64,000 bases of DNA from an uncultured bacterium. GTDB taxonomy: Bacteria > Patescibacteriota > Saccharimonadia > UBA4664. This document shows, one piece after another, positions 36,263-44,935 of the stretch. Numbering within the stretch: position 1 is the stretch's first letter; each line of letters begins with the position of its first letter. Made by a program: the position numbers and the translations under genes. A model generated the notes under the pieces. It was not told the origin of the DNA and did no database searches. It saw only the letters and a list, made by a program, of their open reading frames with translations. Where the stretch lies: NCBI GenBank assembly GCA_963720265.1, contig CAVRET010000001.1, positions 261,916 through 325,915 on the forward strand, written 5' to 3'.

Positions 36263-36769
36263 CTACAACAGGAGGAGACCAGACGCTTTACTGGTGGGCT
36301 TACCGATGGACCCGGTAACCCAAAACAAAAACCGCTGGCTCTCCTTCTTTAGCTTAGACCCGTAGGTCTGCTGGGATGATACAAACAAAAACCATGGCGT
36401 TTCTCGGTGATCATTTGACCTATGTGGCTCAAACACCCAGTGCTTAAGTTTTGGATCCGCCTTCTTGCATTCAATTGGGAATACCAAGACAAGTTCAGCG
36501 CGGGAGTAGTCATACATCGGAGCGATTCCAAGGACGTCGATCGCGCCATTAACTATGACCGGGTGAACGCCATAGCTATAGGGGTATTCTCTATGCACCT
36601 TAAATGAGACTGGTTCAGTTTTTCTTAGAAACTCGTAAGTGTCACGTTCGAGAAAAACGCCAGTTCCTATCAGATCTGCCTTGATTTTCTCCATCGCGAC
36701 ATTGGCGCCACCTGACTTGGTTATTGGGGTTTTAGTAGGATCGGAATTTGGTTCCATGCGTTCTTTCAA
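36263..36769 (-). CDS. Hypothetical protein, possible PD-(D/E)XK-like nuclease fold
   Basis: AIDVLGI ... AELVLVFPIECKK resembles a D...E.K motif; 4-bp overlap with glyA stop. Confidence 0.35.
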   Translation of the reverse strand: MKERMEPNSDPTKTPITKSGGANVAMEKIKADLIGTGVFLERDTYEFLRKTEPVSFKVHREYPYSYGVHPVIVNGAIDVLGIAPMYDYSRAELVLVFPIECKKADPKLKHWVFEPHRSNDHRETPWFLFVSSQQTYGSKLKKESQRFLFWVTGSIGKPTSKASGLLLL

Positions 36770-38034
36770 GTTGGTTGCGGATAGTACCAGCTGAGTTTGG
36801 CGGTGAGGATCTTGACCTGAGCCTGGACGTTGGACTCGGAGGCTTGGTTTTGAGCGAAATGGCCGATAAGTGTGCCGAGGTCGTGGGCCTGATCGGCCGT
36901 AAGGCCGCGGCTGGTGAGGGCGGCCGTGCCGAGGCGGAGGCCGGAGGGGCGCCAGGCGGATTTTTGGTCGAAGGGGATCACATTGCGGTTTGTGATGATA
37001 CCGGCTCGCTCGAGGGCGCGTTGGAATTCGAGGCTGTCCAATTCGTCCGGCAGTTTGATTAAGCTAAGGTGATTTTGGCTGGGACTGATGATTTGCAGGC
37101 CGGTCTCGCCTATCCCCTGCTCCAGCGCGTGGTTGGTATCGATGATGGCCTGGGAGTAGGTTTTGAAGTCGCGGTGATCGGGGTAATCGTCTTCGCCTAG
37201 GATTTCGAGCAGGGCCTGGCCGGTGGCGGCGATTTGGTGCAGGTGCGGGCCGCCGGAGGTGCCGGGGAAAATGGTACGGTTTATGGCTTTCATATGCTCT
37301 TCTTTGGCGAATAGCATGGCGCCACGGGGGCCGCGGAAGGTCTTGTGCGTGGTCATGGAGACGAAATCTGCGCCCTCGTCCCCTTTTTTGAACGGCGTGT
37401 CGTGGAGACCGGCGGCTACCAGGCCATTAATGTGGGCAATATCGGCTAGCACTAAGGCTCCGGCTTCGTGGGCGGCTTTGGTGAGTTTGGCGAATTCGTA
37501 TTTGCGCGGGTAGGCGGAGAAGCCCAAGATGACAAGTTTTGGCATGGCCTCTTTGAGTTTCGCCAGATAATCGGCTTCGTCGATTTCGTAATTGTTGGGC
37601 TCGGTTTCCTTCACGTCGTAATTCACGAGTTTGAAGAATTTGAGCCAGTTGGAGGTCGTGTGCATGTGGCTGAGGTGGCCGCCGTTGGGCAGGTTAAGCG
37701 CCATAATGGTGTCGCCGGCTTCAAGCATAGCCAGAAAGACCATGGCATTGGCTGGTGAGCCGGACAGCACCTGGACGTTTACGCCGTATTCGCCGGTGGA
37801 ATCGAAGACCCCCAGGGCCTTTTCCTGCACAAAGGTCTCCATCTCGTCGGCGTGGACGTTGCCGGCGTAGTAGCGCTTGCCGGGTGTGCCTTCGGCATAT
37901 TTGTTCATCCAAACCGAGCCTAAGAGTTCGAGGACTTTGGGTGAAGGATAATTTTCAGATGCAATGAGGTTTAAGGTGTCGCGCTGCTTGGCGTATTCGG
38001 ATGCTGTGAGTTCGAATAAGTGGTTTTCGGCCAT
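36766..38034 (-). CDS. glyA: Serine hydroxymethyltransferase
   Basis: PLP site TTHKTFRGPRG, 422 aa. Confidence 0.9.
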   Translation of the reverse strand: MAENHLFELTASEYAKQRDTLNLIASENYPSPKVLELLGSVWMNKYAEGTPGKRYYAGNVHADEMETFVQEKALGVFDSTGEYGVNVQVLSGSPANAMVFLAMLEAGDTIMALNLPNGGHLSHMHTTSNWLKFFKLVNYDVKETEPNNYEIDEADYLAKLKEAMPKLVILGFSAYPRKYEFAKLTKAAHEAGALVLADIAHINGLVAAGLHDTPFKKGDEGADFVSMTTHKTFRGPRGAMLFAKEEHMKAINRTIFPGTSGGPHLHQIAATGQALLEILGEDDYPDHRDFKTYSQAIIDTNHALEQGIGETGLQIISPSQNHLSLIKLPDELDSLEFQRALERAGIITNRNVIPFDQKSAWRPSGLRLGTAALTSRGLTADQAHDLGTLIGHFAQNQASESNVQAQVKILTAKLSWYYPQPT

Positions 38035-38097
38035 GATAAATCTCCGTTGGTGGTTTGCTGCTTCGAGTTGGCGGAGACTTACGGGTGCTTCATGCTC

Positions 38098-38601
38098 TTA
38101 TAGCTCCCAGCGCAACGGCTGCGGTAGTTCCTGGTCGGCCATGGATTCAACAAAGACCTCCAGGAATTGGTGGAGCTGGAACTTGGCGTCTTCGTAGTCT
38201 CGAAAAGCGATTTCGGCCACCACGGCCGGATTGCCGCGCACCATGCGAGTGACGCGCCGGCTTGCCAGCTTGGTTTGCTCAGCCATGATCACGACAGGTT
38301 TGCTGGCATGATTGGCCATTTCGATTTCAATACCAACGCCGAGCGACGGCTCGCCGACGTAGGCAACGACGACGCTTGATTGCGAGACGGCCAGCCGGTC
38401 GAGCTGGTCCACGCGCTGGGGGGTGAGGTGAGGATGGAGGCCTGGATCGGAATGCTTGTGCGGCAGATAGGGCTCGATGCCAAATTCGGCGCAGACCGCG
38501 CCCAGCGATTCGTAGAATACACGCAGTTTGGCCCGGCGGTCGGGCCCGACGTCGGTTAAGGGGCCTGCGATGTAGGCTGATCTGCGGTTTGGTTTGGCCA
38601 T
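38098..38601 (-). CDS. Nucleoside 2-deoxyribosyltransferase-like protein
   Basis: SAYIAGPL N-terminal flavodoxin-like start, conserved acidic core; fold-family call only. Confidence 0.45.
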   Translation of the reverse strand: MAKPNRRSAYIAGPLTDVGPDRRAKLRVFYESLGAVCAEFGIEPYLPHKHSDPGLHPHLTPQRVDQLDRLAVSQSSVVVAYVGEPSLGVGIEIEMANHASKPVVIMAEQTKLASRRVTRMVRGNPAVVAEIAFRDYEDAKFQLHQFLEVFVESMADQELPQPLRWEL

Positions 38602-38631
38602 GCCCGTTATGTTCCCTTTGTGCTTAATCTA

Positions 38632-39180
38632 TCAGGGACGTCCGGCTTTGTCGATTCGGTAGTGAAGGACGGCTGTGCCGTCGGAGGTGTAGACCTGGGT
38701 GTCGAGGAGGGAGAGGCTGGTGGTTAATCTGCGGTCGAGCAGGCGTACGCCGTCGCCAAATAGTGTGGGCTGCATGCTGAGATAGAGCTCGTCGATGAGA
38801 CCGGTCTCCAGAAACTGCCGGTATATTTGGGTGCCGCCACAAATGAGAGCGCTTTTTACGCCTTCGGCTTCGAGCCGTTCAGTAAGGGCCTTGGGTGCCT
38901 CGCTTGTGGTTTCGATCTCGGCCGGATAGTCGTCTACGGTTTCAGGATGGTGCGTGAAGACGATTAGCCTGCGGTCCGGAATCGATTTACTAAAGGCTGT
39001 AGGGTTCTTTTCGGCTGTCGTGAGAAAGGTGTTGAGCCCCATCACGAGCACGCGAACGTCTTTGGCAAGCCTCAAAAACAGCTGCTTGTCCGAGTTGGTA
39101 GTCCAAGTGGTGGCGAGATGCCCGGCGTCGCGACCGATGTAGCCGTCGGCCGATACGGCGGCCAGAAGGATGAGTTTCAT
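38632..39180 (-). CDS. Dihydrofolate reductase family protein (RibD C-terminal-domain type)
   Basis: MKLILLAAVSADGYIG...LVMGLNTF...LICGGTQIY...LYLSMQPTLFGDG. Confidence 0.6.
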   Translation of the reverse strand: MKLILLAAVSADGYIGRDAGHLATTWTTNSDKQLFLRLAKDVRVLVMGLNTFLTTAEKNPTAFSKSIPDRRLIVFTHHPETVDDYPAEIETTSEAPKALTERLEAEGVKSALICGGTQIYRQFLETGLIDELYLSMQPTLFGDGVRLLDRRLTTSLSLLDTQVYTSDGTAVLHYRIDKAGRP

Positions 39181-39242
39181 AGTCTTAATGATGCCACAGC
39201 TATTTGACTTTACAAATGCGGGCTCCAGTGCATAATCGGGTT

Positions 39243-39398
39243 ATGAGTACAGAATACGAAGTTGAACTGCAGCCGGAAGGCGATGATCCAGATAGCTACT
39301 ACGGGGAAGAGGATATGGACGCGGGCGATCTCGATTTGAGCTTTCTCGACGACGCCGACAGCGACGAGGATGAAGACGAGGAAAAGCACACGACTTGA
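39243..39398 (+). CDS. Small highly acidic peptide, translationally coupled (ATGA overlap) to the GT4 gene
   Basis: 51 aa, about 50% D/E; CATAAT 6 nt before the ATG. Confidence 0.25.
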   Translation: MSTEYEVELQPEGDDPDSYYGEEDMDAGDLDLSFLDDADSDEDEDEEKHTT

Positions 39399-40591
39399 GA
39401 GTCGGGCTCGTCGTCCCCCACATTTTTATGCAGGCGGATATTTTACCGCGGGTGATATTTTCGCCTGGACAGCTAGCGCTTGATTTGTGCTCTGGTCTGA
39501 CTGAAGCCGGCGCGGCGGTGACGCTGTTTTCGCCCGGACTGGTGGCGACGCCCGCCCGCAACGTGACGGCGGATTTGTCGGCGTTTGAGGCGGAGCTTAC
39601 GGCACGGGGTGACGATTATTTGGACTTATTGCGCAAGCACCCGCTCGTTTTTGTGTCGCTGGCGCGGGCGGTACAGGCCGAGCTTATTGCCAAGGCTTAT
39701 GCCATGGCTAATGCCGGCGAGCTTGACGTGGTCCACATCTATATGACCGAAGAGGACATTGCGCTGCCGTTTGCGCAGTTTTGTACCCGGCCAGTGGTCT
39801 TTACGCATCACGATCCGTTTAATTTTGCGGCCAGATATCGGCATAGTTTTCCGCGGTTTAAGGGCTTGAACTGGGTTTCGATCTCGATGTCGCAACGGCG
39901 GCACATGCCGTCTGATACGAATTGGGTGGGTAACGTGTACCACGGCCTGTGGGCGGACGAGTTTGAGCCCAGGCCCGGTGGCACGAGCGATTATGTCGCA
40001 TATTTGGGCCGGATTGTGGAGCCCAAGGGCGTGCATCTTGCGATTAAGGCAGTACAGCAATATAACAAATCAGCTCAGCGGCCAGTTACGCTCAAAATCG
40101 CGGGCAAACATTACAGTGGAGAGAAGGATGAATATTGGCAGGCAAAGATTGCGCCGGAAGTCGATGGGAAGACGGTGGAGTACTTAGGTTTTATCCGGGA
40201 CACTCAGGCAAAGGGCGCGTTTTTGGCCGGGGCGGAGGCATTGCTCATGCCCTCGACCTGGGACGAGCCGTTTGGCCTATCGATGGTGGAGGCGCTGGCA
40301 AGTGGTACGCCGGTGATTGGACTTGATTCAGGCTCGATTCCGGAGGTTGTGCGCGATGGCACGACGGGCATAGTTGTGCCGAAAACGATGCGCCGGGTGG
40401 CCGACGCGAAGTCCGGCCATCCGCACGAAGTCGTGGACGATGCGCCTACGGTGGCGGCGTTGGCTGCAGCACTCGCGCGGATCGGCGAGATCGACCGCCG
40501 GGCCTGCCGGGCCGAGTTTGAAGCCCGGTTTACGCTTGAACAAATGGCGGCCGGCTATCTGGATGTCTACCAGCGGCTTATGAATTCTTGA
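39395..40591 (+). CDS. Family 4 glycosyltransferase (GT-B, glycos_transf_1)
   Basis: EPKGVHLAI...LKIAG...LMPSTWDEPFGLSMVEALASGTPVIG...GTTGIVV. Confidence 0.7.
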   Translation: MRVGLVVPHIFMQADILPRVIFSPGQLALDLCSGLTEAGAAVTLFSPGLVATPARNVTADLSAFEAELTARGDDYLDLLRKHPLVFVSLARAVQAELIAKAYAMANAGELDVVHIYMTEEDIALPFAQFCTRPVVFTHHDPFNFAARYRHSFPRFKGLNWVSISMSQRRHMPSDTNWVGNVYHGLWADEFEPRPGGTSDYVAYLGRIVEPKGVHLAIKAVQQYNKSAQRPVTLKIAGKHYSGEKDEYWQAKIAPEVDGKTVEYLGFIRDTQAKGAFLAGAEALLMPSTWDEPFGLSMVEALASGTPVIGLDSGSIPEVVRDGTTGIVVPKTMRRVADAKSGHPHEVVDDAPTVAALAAALARIGEIDRRACRAEFEARFTLEQMAAGYLDVYQRLMNS

Positions 40592-40865
40592 CGGGTTGAA
40601 AGCGTGGGCTCTCAAGGCCGTTATTCATAACCGGTGTGAGCCAGCCGTCTTTGCCGCGCAAAGGGCGCACCCAGACGACCGGTTTTGGCTTTACCAGGAG
40701 CTCATAAACGACCACCAACTCCTCGGTGGCCTCATCTATGCCAACGCGGACCACGCGGTAGTGCTGGTCGGGATTGCGCCAATGGTAATACAAGCTTCCG
40801 GGCACTACTTTCATCTCGGCGCCTTGAATGCGGTTGGCAAGTTCTGGGTAGGGCGTGTGGGCCAT
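40578..40865 (-). CDS. DUF1653-family protein (second paralog)
   Basis: GSLYYHWRNPDQHYRVVRVGIDEATEELVVVYELL...VWVRPL parallels the 2205..2522 protein. Confidence 0.55.
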   Translation of the reverse strand: MAHTPYPELANRIQGAEMKVVPGSLYYHWRNPDQHYRVVRVGIDEATEELVVVYELLVKPKPVVWVRPLRGKDGWLTPVMNNGLESPRFQPVKNS

Positions 40866-40867
40866 GG

Positions 40868-41716
40868 TTATAAGATTACCAGATCGGTCTTAATGGCAGG
40901 GTGTGCCTGATAGTTTTCGAGCGCTATATTATCGGCTGTAAAGTCGTCGATGGTCTTGGGGTTGCCGACGATTTTTAGCTTCGGAAACGGATATGGCTTG
41001 CGCTGCAGCTGTTCCTTGGCAGATTTAATATGGTTGCGGTAAAGGTGGGCATTGCCGGCGGCAATGATGAGTTCGCGCGGCTCGGCGTCAACCAGATGCG
41101 CGATCATGTAGAGCAGCATGGCGTATTGGGCGATGTTGAAGGGCGCACCGAGGAATACGTCCCACGAACGTTGGTAGAGCTGGAGGCGCAATTTGCCGCC
41201 GGTGAGATCGAACTGGAACATGGTATGACATGGTGGCAAGCGCATGTCGCCGTAATCATCCGGGTTCCAGCGGCGGTCGCCGAGCTCGCCGGCGTTCCAG
41301 GACGAAACGATAATGCCCTTGGAGTCGGGATTGGTCTTGAGTTGTTCAATTGCCCACGCCAGTTGGTCAAATTCCGTACCGTCCGGCCGCAGCCAATGCC
41401 GCCATTGTACGCCGTAAATGCGGCCGAGATCGTCGTAGCCGTCGCGCAAAAAGCCGTCCCAATAATGGATGTTGTGCTCGTGCAAATATTTGGCCTCGGA
41501 GCTGCCGGAAATAAACCACAACAGTTCGTGCGTGAGCATTTTGAACGGCATTTTCTTGGTGGTGAGGAGCGGGAAACCGTAACGCAGGTCGAAGCGGATT
41601 TGGACGCCGAATAGCGTTTTGAGTGGATAAAGGCCGCGTGAAGGCTTGCTGCGGCCATTTTTCATGATGTCGGACATCAGACCCAGATATTCGTACTCTG
41701 GATGGCGCCTGGGCAT
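40868..41716 (-). CDS. thyA: Thymidylate synthase
   Basis: LLTTKKMPFKMLTHELLWFISGS, catalytic PPCHTMFQF. Confidence 0.9.
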   Translation of the reverse strand: MPRRHPEYEYLGLMSDIMKNGRSKPSRGLYPLKTLFGVQIRFDLRYGFPLLTTKKMPFKMLTHELLWFISGSSEAKYLHEHNIHYWDGFLRDGYDDLGRIYGVQWRHWLRPDGTEFDQLAWAIEQLKTNPDSKGIIVSSWNAGELGDRRWNPDDYGDMRLPPCHTMFQFDLTGGKLRLQLYQRSWDVFLGAPFNIAQYAMLLYMIAHLVDAEPRELIIAAGNAHLYRNHIKSAKEQLQRKPYPFPKLKIVGNPKTIDDFTADNIALENYQAHPAIKTDLVIL

Positions 41717-41717
41717 G

Positions 41718-42053
41718 CTAGCCCCCGGCCGTCAGCGTGGCGTCGATCCAGTCCTGGAGCTCGGTGTTCAGCGCATCAGGTTGCACAAACGTGACCATCG
41801 GTACTTCCTCTTGACTGGTACGGCGGACGTCGTCGATGAGCGCCTTGAGATGCCGGCTCGTGGTGTAGCTCGTGATCGTGATGTAATGCGGCATGTCGTT
41901 GATTTCGCCCTTCCACAGAAAGCGGGCCGGTGCGTGGAAAAACTGCCCGCCGGTGACGAGCCGCTTTTCGAGCAGTGAATTTAGAATTGTTTCGGCCTGC
42001 GCCCGGTCCTCGGCGCTAATTTTTACCTCGTAATATTGATGCTCTTCCACCAC
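41718..42053 (-). CDS. cutA: Divalent-cation tolerance protein CutA
   Basis: 111 aa, CutA1 pattern (ferredoxin-like fold, conserved WKG, C-terminal P..E.P). Confidence 0.6.
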   Translation of the reverse strand: MVEEHQYYEVKISAEDRAQAETILNSLLEKRLVTGGQFFHAPARFLWKGEINDMPHYITITSYTTSRHLKALIDDVRRTSQEEVPMVTFVQPDALNTELQDWIDATLTAGG

Positions 42054-42116
42054 TCCCTCCGCGCTAGTTACACTTATGGTATCAGGAGTGTCTAGCTTGA
42101 TCCAGGAGGGATATTA

Positions 42117-42848
42117 TTGTATTATGTTATTTCTAGGGGATATCGGACTTTCACATTGGAGGTGGGACACCACATGGACTCCGTGTTTGCGGATGGTTTT
42201 GCGGATAGCATGTGCGATCTATTGGCAGGCGTGGCGCGAATTGATTATGCGCATCATGACAATGCCCTTGATCCAGCCTTTCTGGCACTGCTGGCAGAAG
42301 AGCTCATCGCAGCCCGCTACAAGCCCTGGATGCTAGACACCTGCGGACCGGCCGAGAGGCTTGGGCTACGGGTTATGACCGCGCGTTCGCGTGGTTTTCC
42401 CCACACGAGGCGTCTCCAGGGGGAATTTACCGCGCTTGTTCGGGGCTGTGGACTTGATTGGACGCCGGATACCGTAATAGCGCAGCGCTATCCGGTTGGA
42501 CATCCTGGGCTGCCGACTCACGCCGACCCCCCGGTTGACAAGGTTCTGGTGGCGCTATTTCCAGTGACCGGGAGCGCGGATTTCCAGATTCTCGAAAGCT
42601 ACCAGCGGGTAGGCGTGGTGGCGGAATGGGTGTCTGCTGCGGGCGGCGTGACACTCTTGCGAGGGCCGGCGGTTAGCGTCAACGACGGTGATTTGGGGCC
42701 TTTTCACAAGGTCAGTGGACCGATCGGTGATGTCGCTCGGATACTGCTCGGCTTCCACATGGTGAGAGAGTTACGAGGAATGAATGGGCCGGGTGTGCCC
42801 GGCCCATTCATTCCTTGCAAAGGATTTATACATTTGGGATTTAGGTAA
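42117..42848 (+). CDS. Hypothetical protein, GC-rich
   Basis: 243-aa ORF, about 62% GC, no recognisable family. Confidence 0.3.
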   Translation: MYYVISRGYRTFTLEVGHHMDSVFADGFADSMCDLLAGVARIDYAHHDNALDPAFLALLAEELIAARYKPWMLDTCGPAERLGLRVMTARSRGFPHTRRLQGEFTALVRGCGLDWTPDTVIAQRYPVGHPGLPTHADPPVDKVLVALFPVTGSADFQILESYQRVGVVAEWVSAAGGVTLLRGPAVSVNDGDLGPFHKVSGPIGDVARILLGFHMVRELRGMNGPGVPGPFIPCKGFIHLGFR

Positions 42849-43791
42849 CAAGCCGCCGGACGTTCTTGCCGGCGAGTTCAAGCATTTTGACCGCGTAGCC
42901 GGATGAGTGGTCTTCGCGGTAAACAAATTCGGCGATATCAGTGGCCATGAACATGCGAGCGCAGGTGGGGCACGGTAGCAGGTTAATGAATAGCGTCGTG
43001 TCGTGCAGGTCGATGCCCTCGCGTCCGGCGGTGACAATGGTTTGGACCTCAGCGTGGTTAACGTCGTAGTGGTTGAGGTCGTTCATGGGCGAGAAGTGTC
43101 GCTCCCGCGAGGCGCCGTAGTGCATGGCGTAGGTTTGGTATGGCACGACCGCGTTGAACTGGGTGAGCAAGAGCTGGAATTTGCCGCCCTTGCGTCGACC
43201 CAGCGCGATGCCGGCTTGAAATTCGCTATAGGCCAGAGAATACTTGGCAATATTGTCGGCTTCTTGGAACATCTCGACGTCAGTGAGCAGCTTTGTGTTG
43301 ATTTCGGGAGGCGTCGGTAGGCTTGCGGCGTAGCTACGGGCTTCGGCTTCGGAGGCGAAGGGTGAGATGAGGTCGTAATCGATGCGGCGGCGGGCCAGGA
43401 CGTAATACTCCGGGTGGAGGTGGAACGCGAAGTACCAAGAGCCGTTAATGAAGACGGCACGGCGGATGTCGAGCTTTTCGAGGATATAGGGCAGGTCGCG
43501 CTGGAAATAGCTAAGCGCGGTGATTTTGTGTGGGCTCTTGGCATTGACCTGGTCGATGATGGGCTGGACGGAACCCAGGGAGAGCATTTTGAACTGAGGC
43601 TGGTTTTCGAGCCCGAGTACGTACGGCTCTTTGGCGAGGCCGAGAATAATATTGCCCTTGGGCAGGTAGGTCTTGACGAGCTGCTTAAAGCGAGCCGGTG
43701 AGAGCTCGCGTGGGGCGGCGATGAAGGTGGCATTCAGCTCGCTTAAGGGCTTTTTCGAGCTAAAGGCGAGGTCGGTCCAGTCGAAGTTCAC
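42841..43791 (-). CDS. Fusion protein: unknown N-terminal domain (about 180 aa) + dCMP deaminase (ComEB-like) C-terminal domain
   Basis: C-terminal HAEVQTIVTAG...LLPCPTCARM is the CDA zinc signature (HAE / PCxxC). Confidence 0.6.
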   Translation of the reverse strand: MNFDWTDLAFSSKKPLSELNATFIAAPRELSPARFKQLVKTYLPKGNIILGLAKEPYVLGLENQPQFKMLSLGSVQPIIDQVNAKSPHKITALSYFQRDLPYILEKLDIRRAVFINGSWYFAFHLHPEYYVLARRRIDYDLISPFASEAEARSYAASLPTPPEINTKLLTDVEMFQEADNIAKYSLAYSEFQAGIALGRRKGGKFQLLLTQFNAVVPYQTYAMHYGASRERHFSPMNDLNHYDVNHAEVQTIVTAGREGIDLHDTTLFINLLPCPTCARMFMATDIAEFVYREDHSSGYAVKMLELAGKNVRRLVT

Positions 43792-44324
43792 GACGAACCA
43801 TCACGGTATTTGTCTTCAAATTTGGCAGCGAGACGGGCGATTTGTTTGGCCTGGTCTTTATAGAGGTTGGCGTTTTCGAGCGGTGTATGTTTGAGCTTGC
43901 GGTAATTCCAGACACTTAAGTCGGGTGAATCGAAAGGAATGCATTGGAAATGCAGATGATCGGGCACCGAGCCTTGGGCGTCGGTGCCGTCTTTTTGAAT
44001 AATCTGCATGCCCTTGACGTCGTGAGACTCGCGGATGAGGCGTTTGGCAATATAAAAAAGCTTGCGCATAGTAGACCATTCAAGCTCAGTGAGATCCTTG
44101 GGCGAACGGATATGCCGGCGCGGAACCACGAGCAAATGGCCGTCAATATAGGCGTAGAGGTTGATGGTCATGACGACACCGTTTTCCTCGAAGAAGACGT
44201 ACTTGGGGTTTAGATCGCAATAGACGCATTTTCCGACCGTTTGCCAGATGCCGTCATAGTTTTTAGTAAAACGCGCATCGCGATAGTATTCTTGCTTTTT
44301 TTGTTCGTCCGCGGGCGCCGGCAC
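43788..44324 (-). CDS. GalT-branch HIT-superfamily nucleotidyltransferase/phosphorylase-like protein
   Basis: VPDHLHFQCIP (H.H.Q as in GalT/Ap4A phosphorylase) and N-terminal CVYCD. Confidence 0.5.
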   Translation of the reverse strand: MPAPADEQKKQEYYRDARFTKNYDGIWQTVGKCVYCDLNPKYVFFEENGVVMTINLYAYIDGHLLVVPRRHIRSPKDLTELEWSTMRKLFYIAKRLIRESHDVKGMQIIQKDGTDAQGSVPDHLHFQCIPFDSPDLSVWNYRKLKHTPLENANLYKDQAKQIARLAAKFEDKYRDGSS

Positions 44325-44326
44325 TG

Positions 44327-44899
44327 CTATCTCTCTTTGACCGGTTCTTTGCGCAGGTCGATGAAATCTTTGAAGACATCATAGAGATGACCGCCGATGG
44401 CTCGTTGCACGATTTTGGTGGTGGATACGGCTGTTGACTGGCGGTCGATCATGATAGCTTCGCCGCCGTATTTGATGACGGTTTTGTATTCTTTGGATTG
44501 TTTGTAATCGTCGGTCCAATCTTCACGGTCGGTGACGTAGACGTCGGGTCGCAGTAAGCCTAGCGACGGCTGGCAGGTTGGCTCGGGCAAGACGGTGACA
44601 AAATCGACAAACTTCAGGAACGTGAGCATTTCGCAACGCAGCTTTTCGTCGAGAATGGGTTTGTTGGGGCCCTTTAGCTTGCGAATGGCGGCGTCGGAGC
44701 TGACGCCGACCACCATGACGTCGCCGTAGCTACTGACTTGTTCCAAGTAACGGCAATGCCCGGGATGCAAGAGGTCCCACGTGCCGGCAGTGAAGACGAT
44801 TTTTTTGTCGCGTTTTTTCAGTTCATCGTGCAAATTCATCAGGTCGCTTTGGGCAACTAAACGTTTTTTCCACGTTGTTTTGGTAACTGTCTGCGGCAT
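44327..44899 (-). CDS. Cytidylyltransferase-like nucleotidyltransferase (RfaE domain II / TagD-like)
   Basis: FTAGTWDLLHPGHCRYLEQ (H.GH motif), Rossmann-like. Confidence 0.6.
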   Translation of the reverse strand: MPQTVTKTTWKKRLVAQSDLMNLHDELKKRDKKIVFTAGTWDLLHPGHCRYLEQVSSYGDVMVVGVSSDAAIRKLKGPNKPILDEKLRCEMLTFLKFVDFVTVLPEPTCQPSLGLLRPDVYVTDREDWTDDYKQSKEYKTVIKYGGEAIMIDRQSTAVSTTKIVQRAIGGHLYDVFKDFIDLRKEPVKER

Positions 44900-44935
44900 G
44901 TTCCACCTGTTCTTAGCAGTATCATACCGGTTTCG

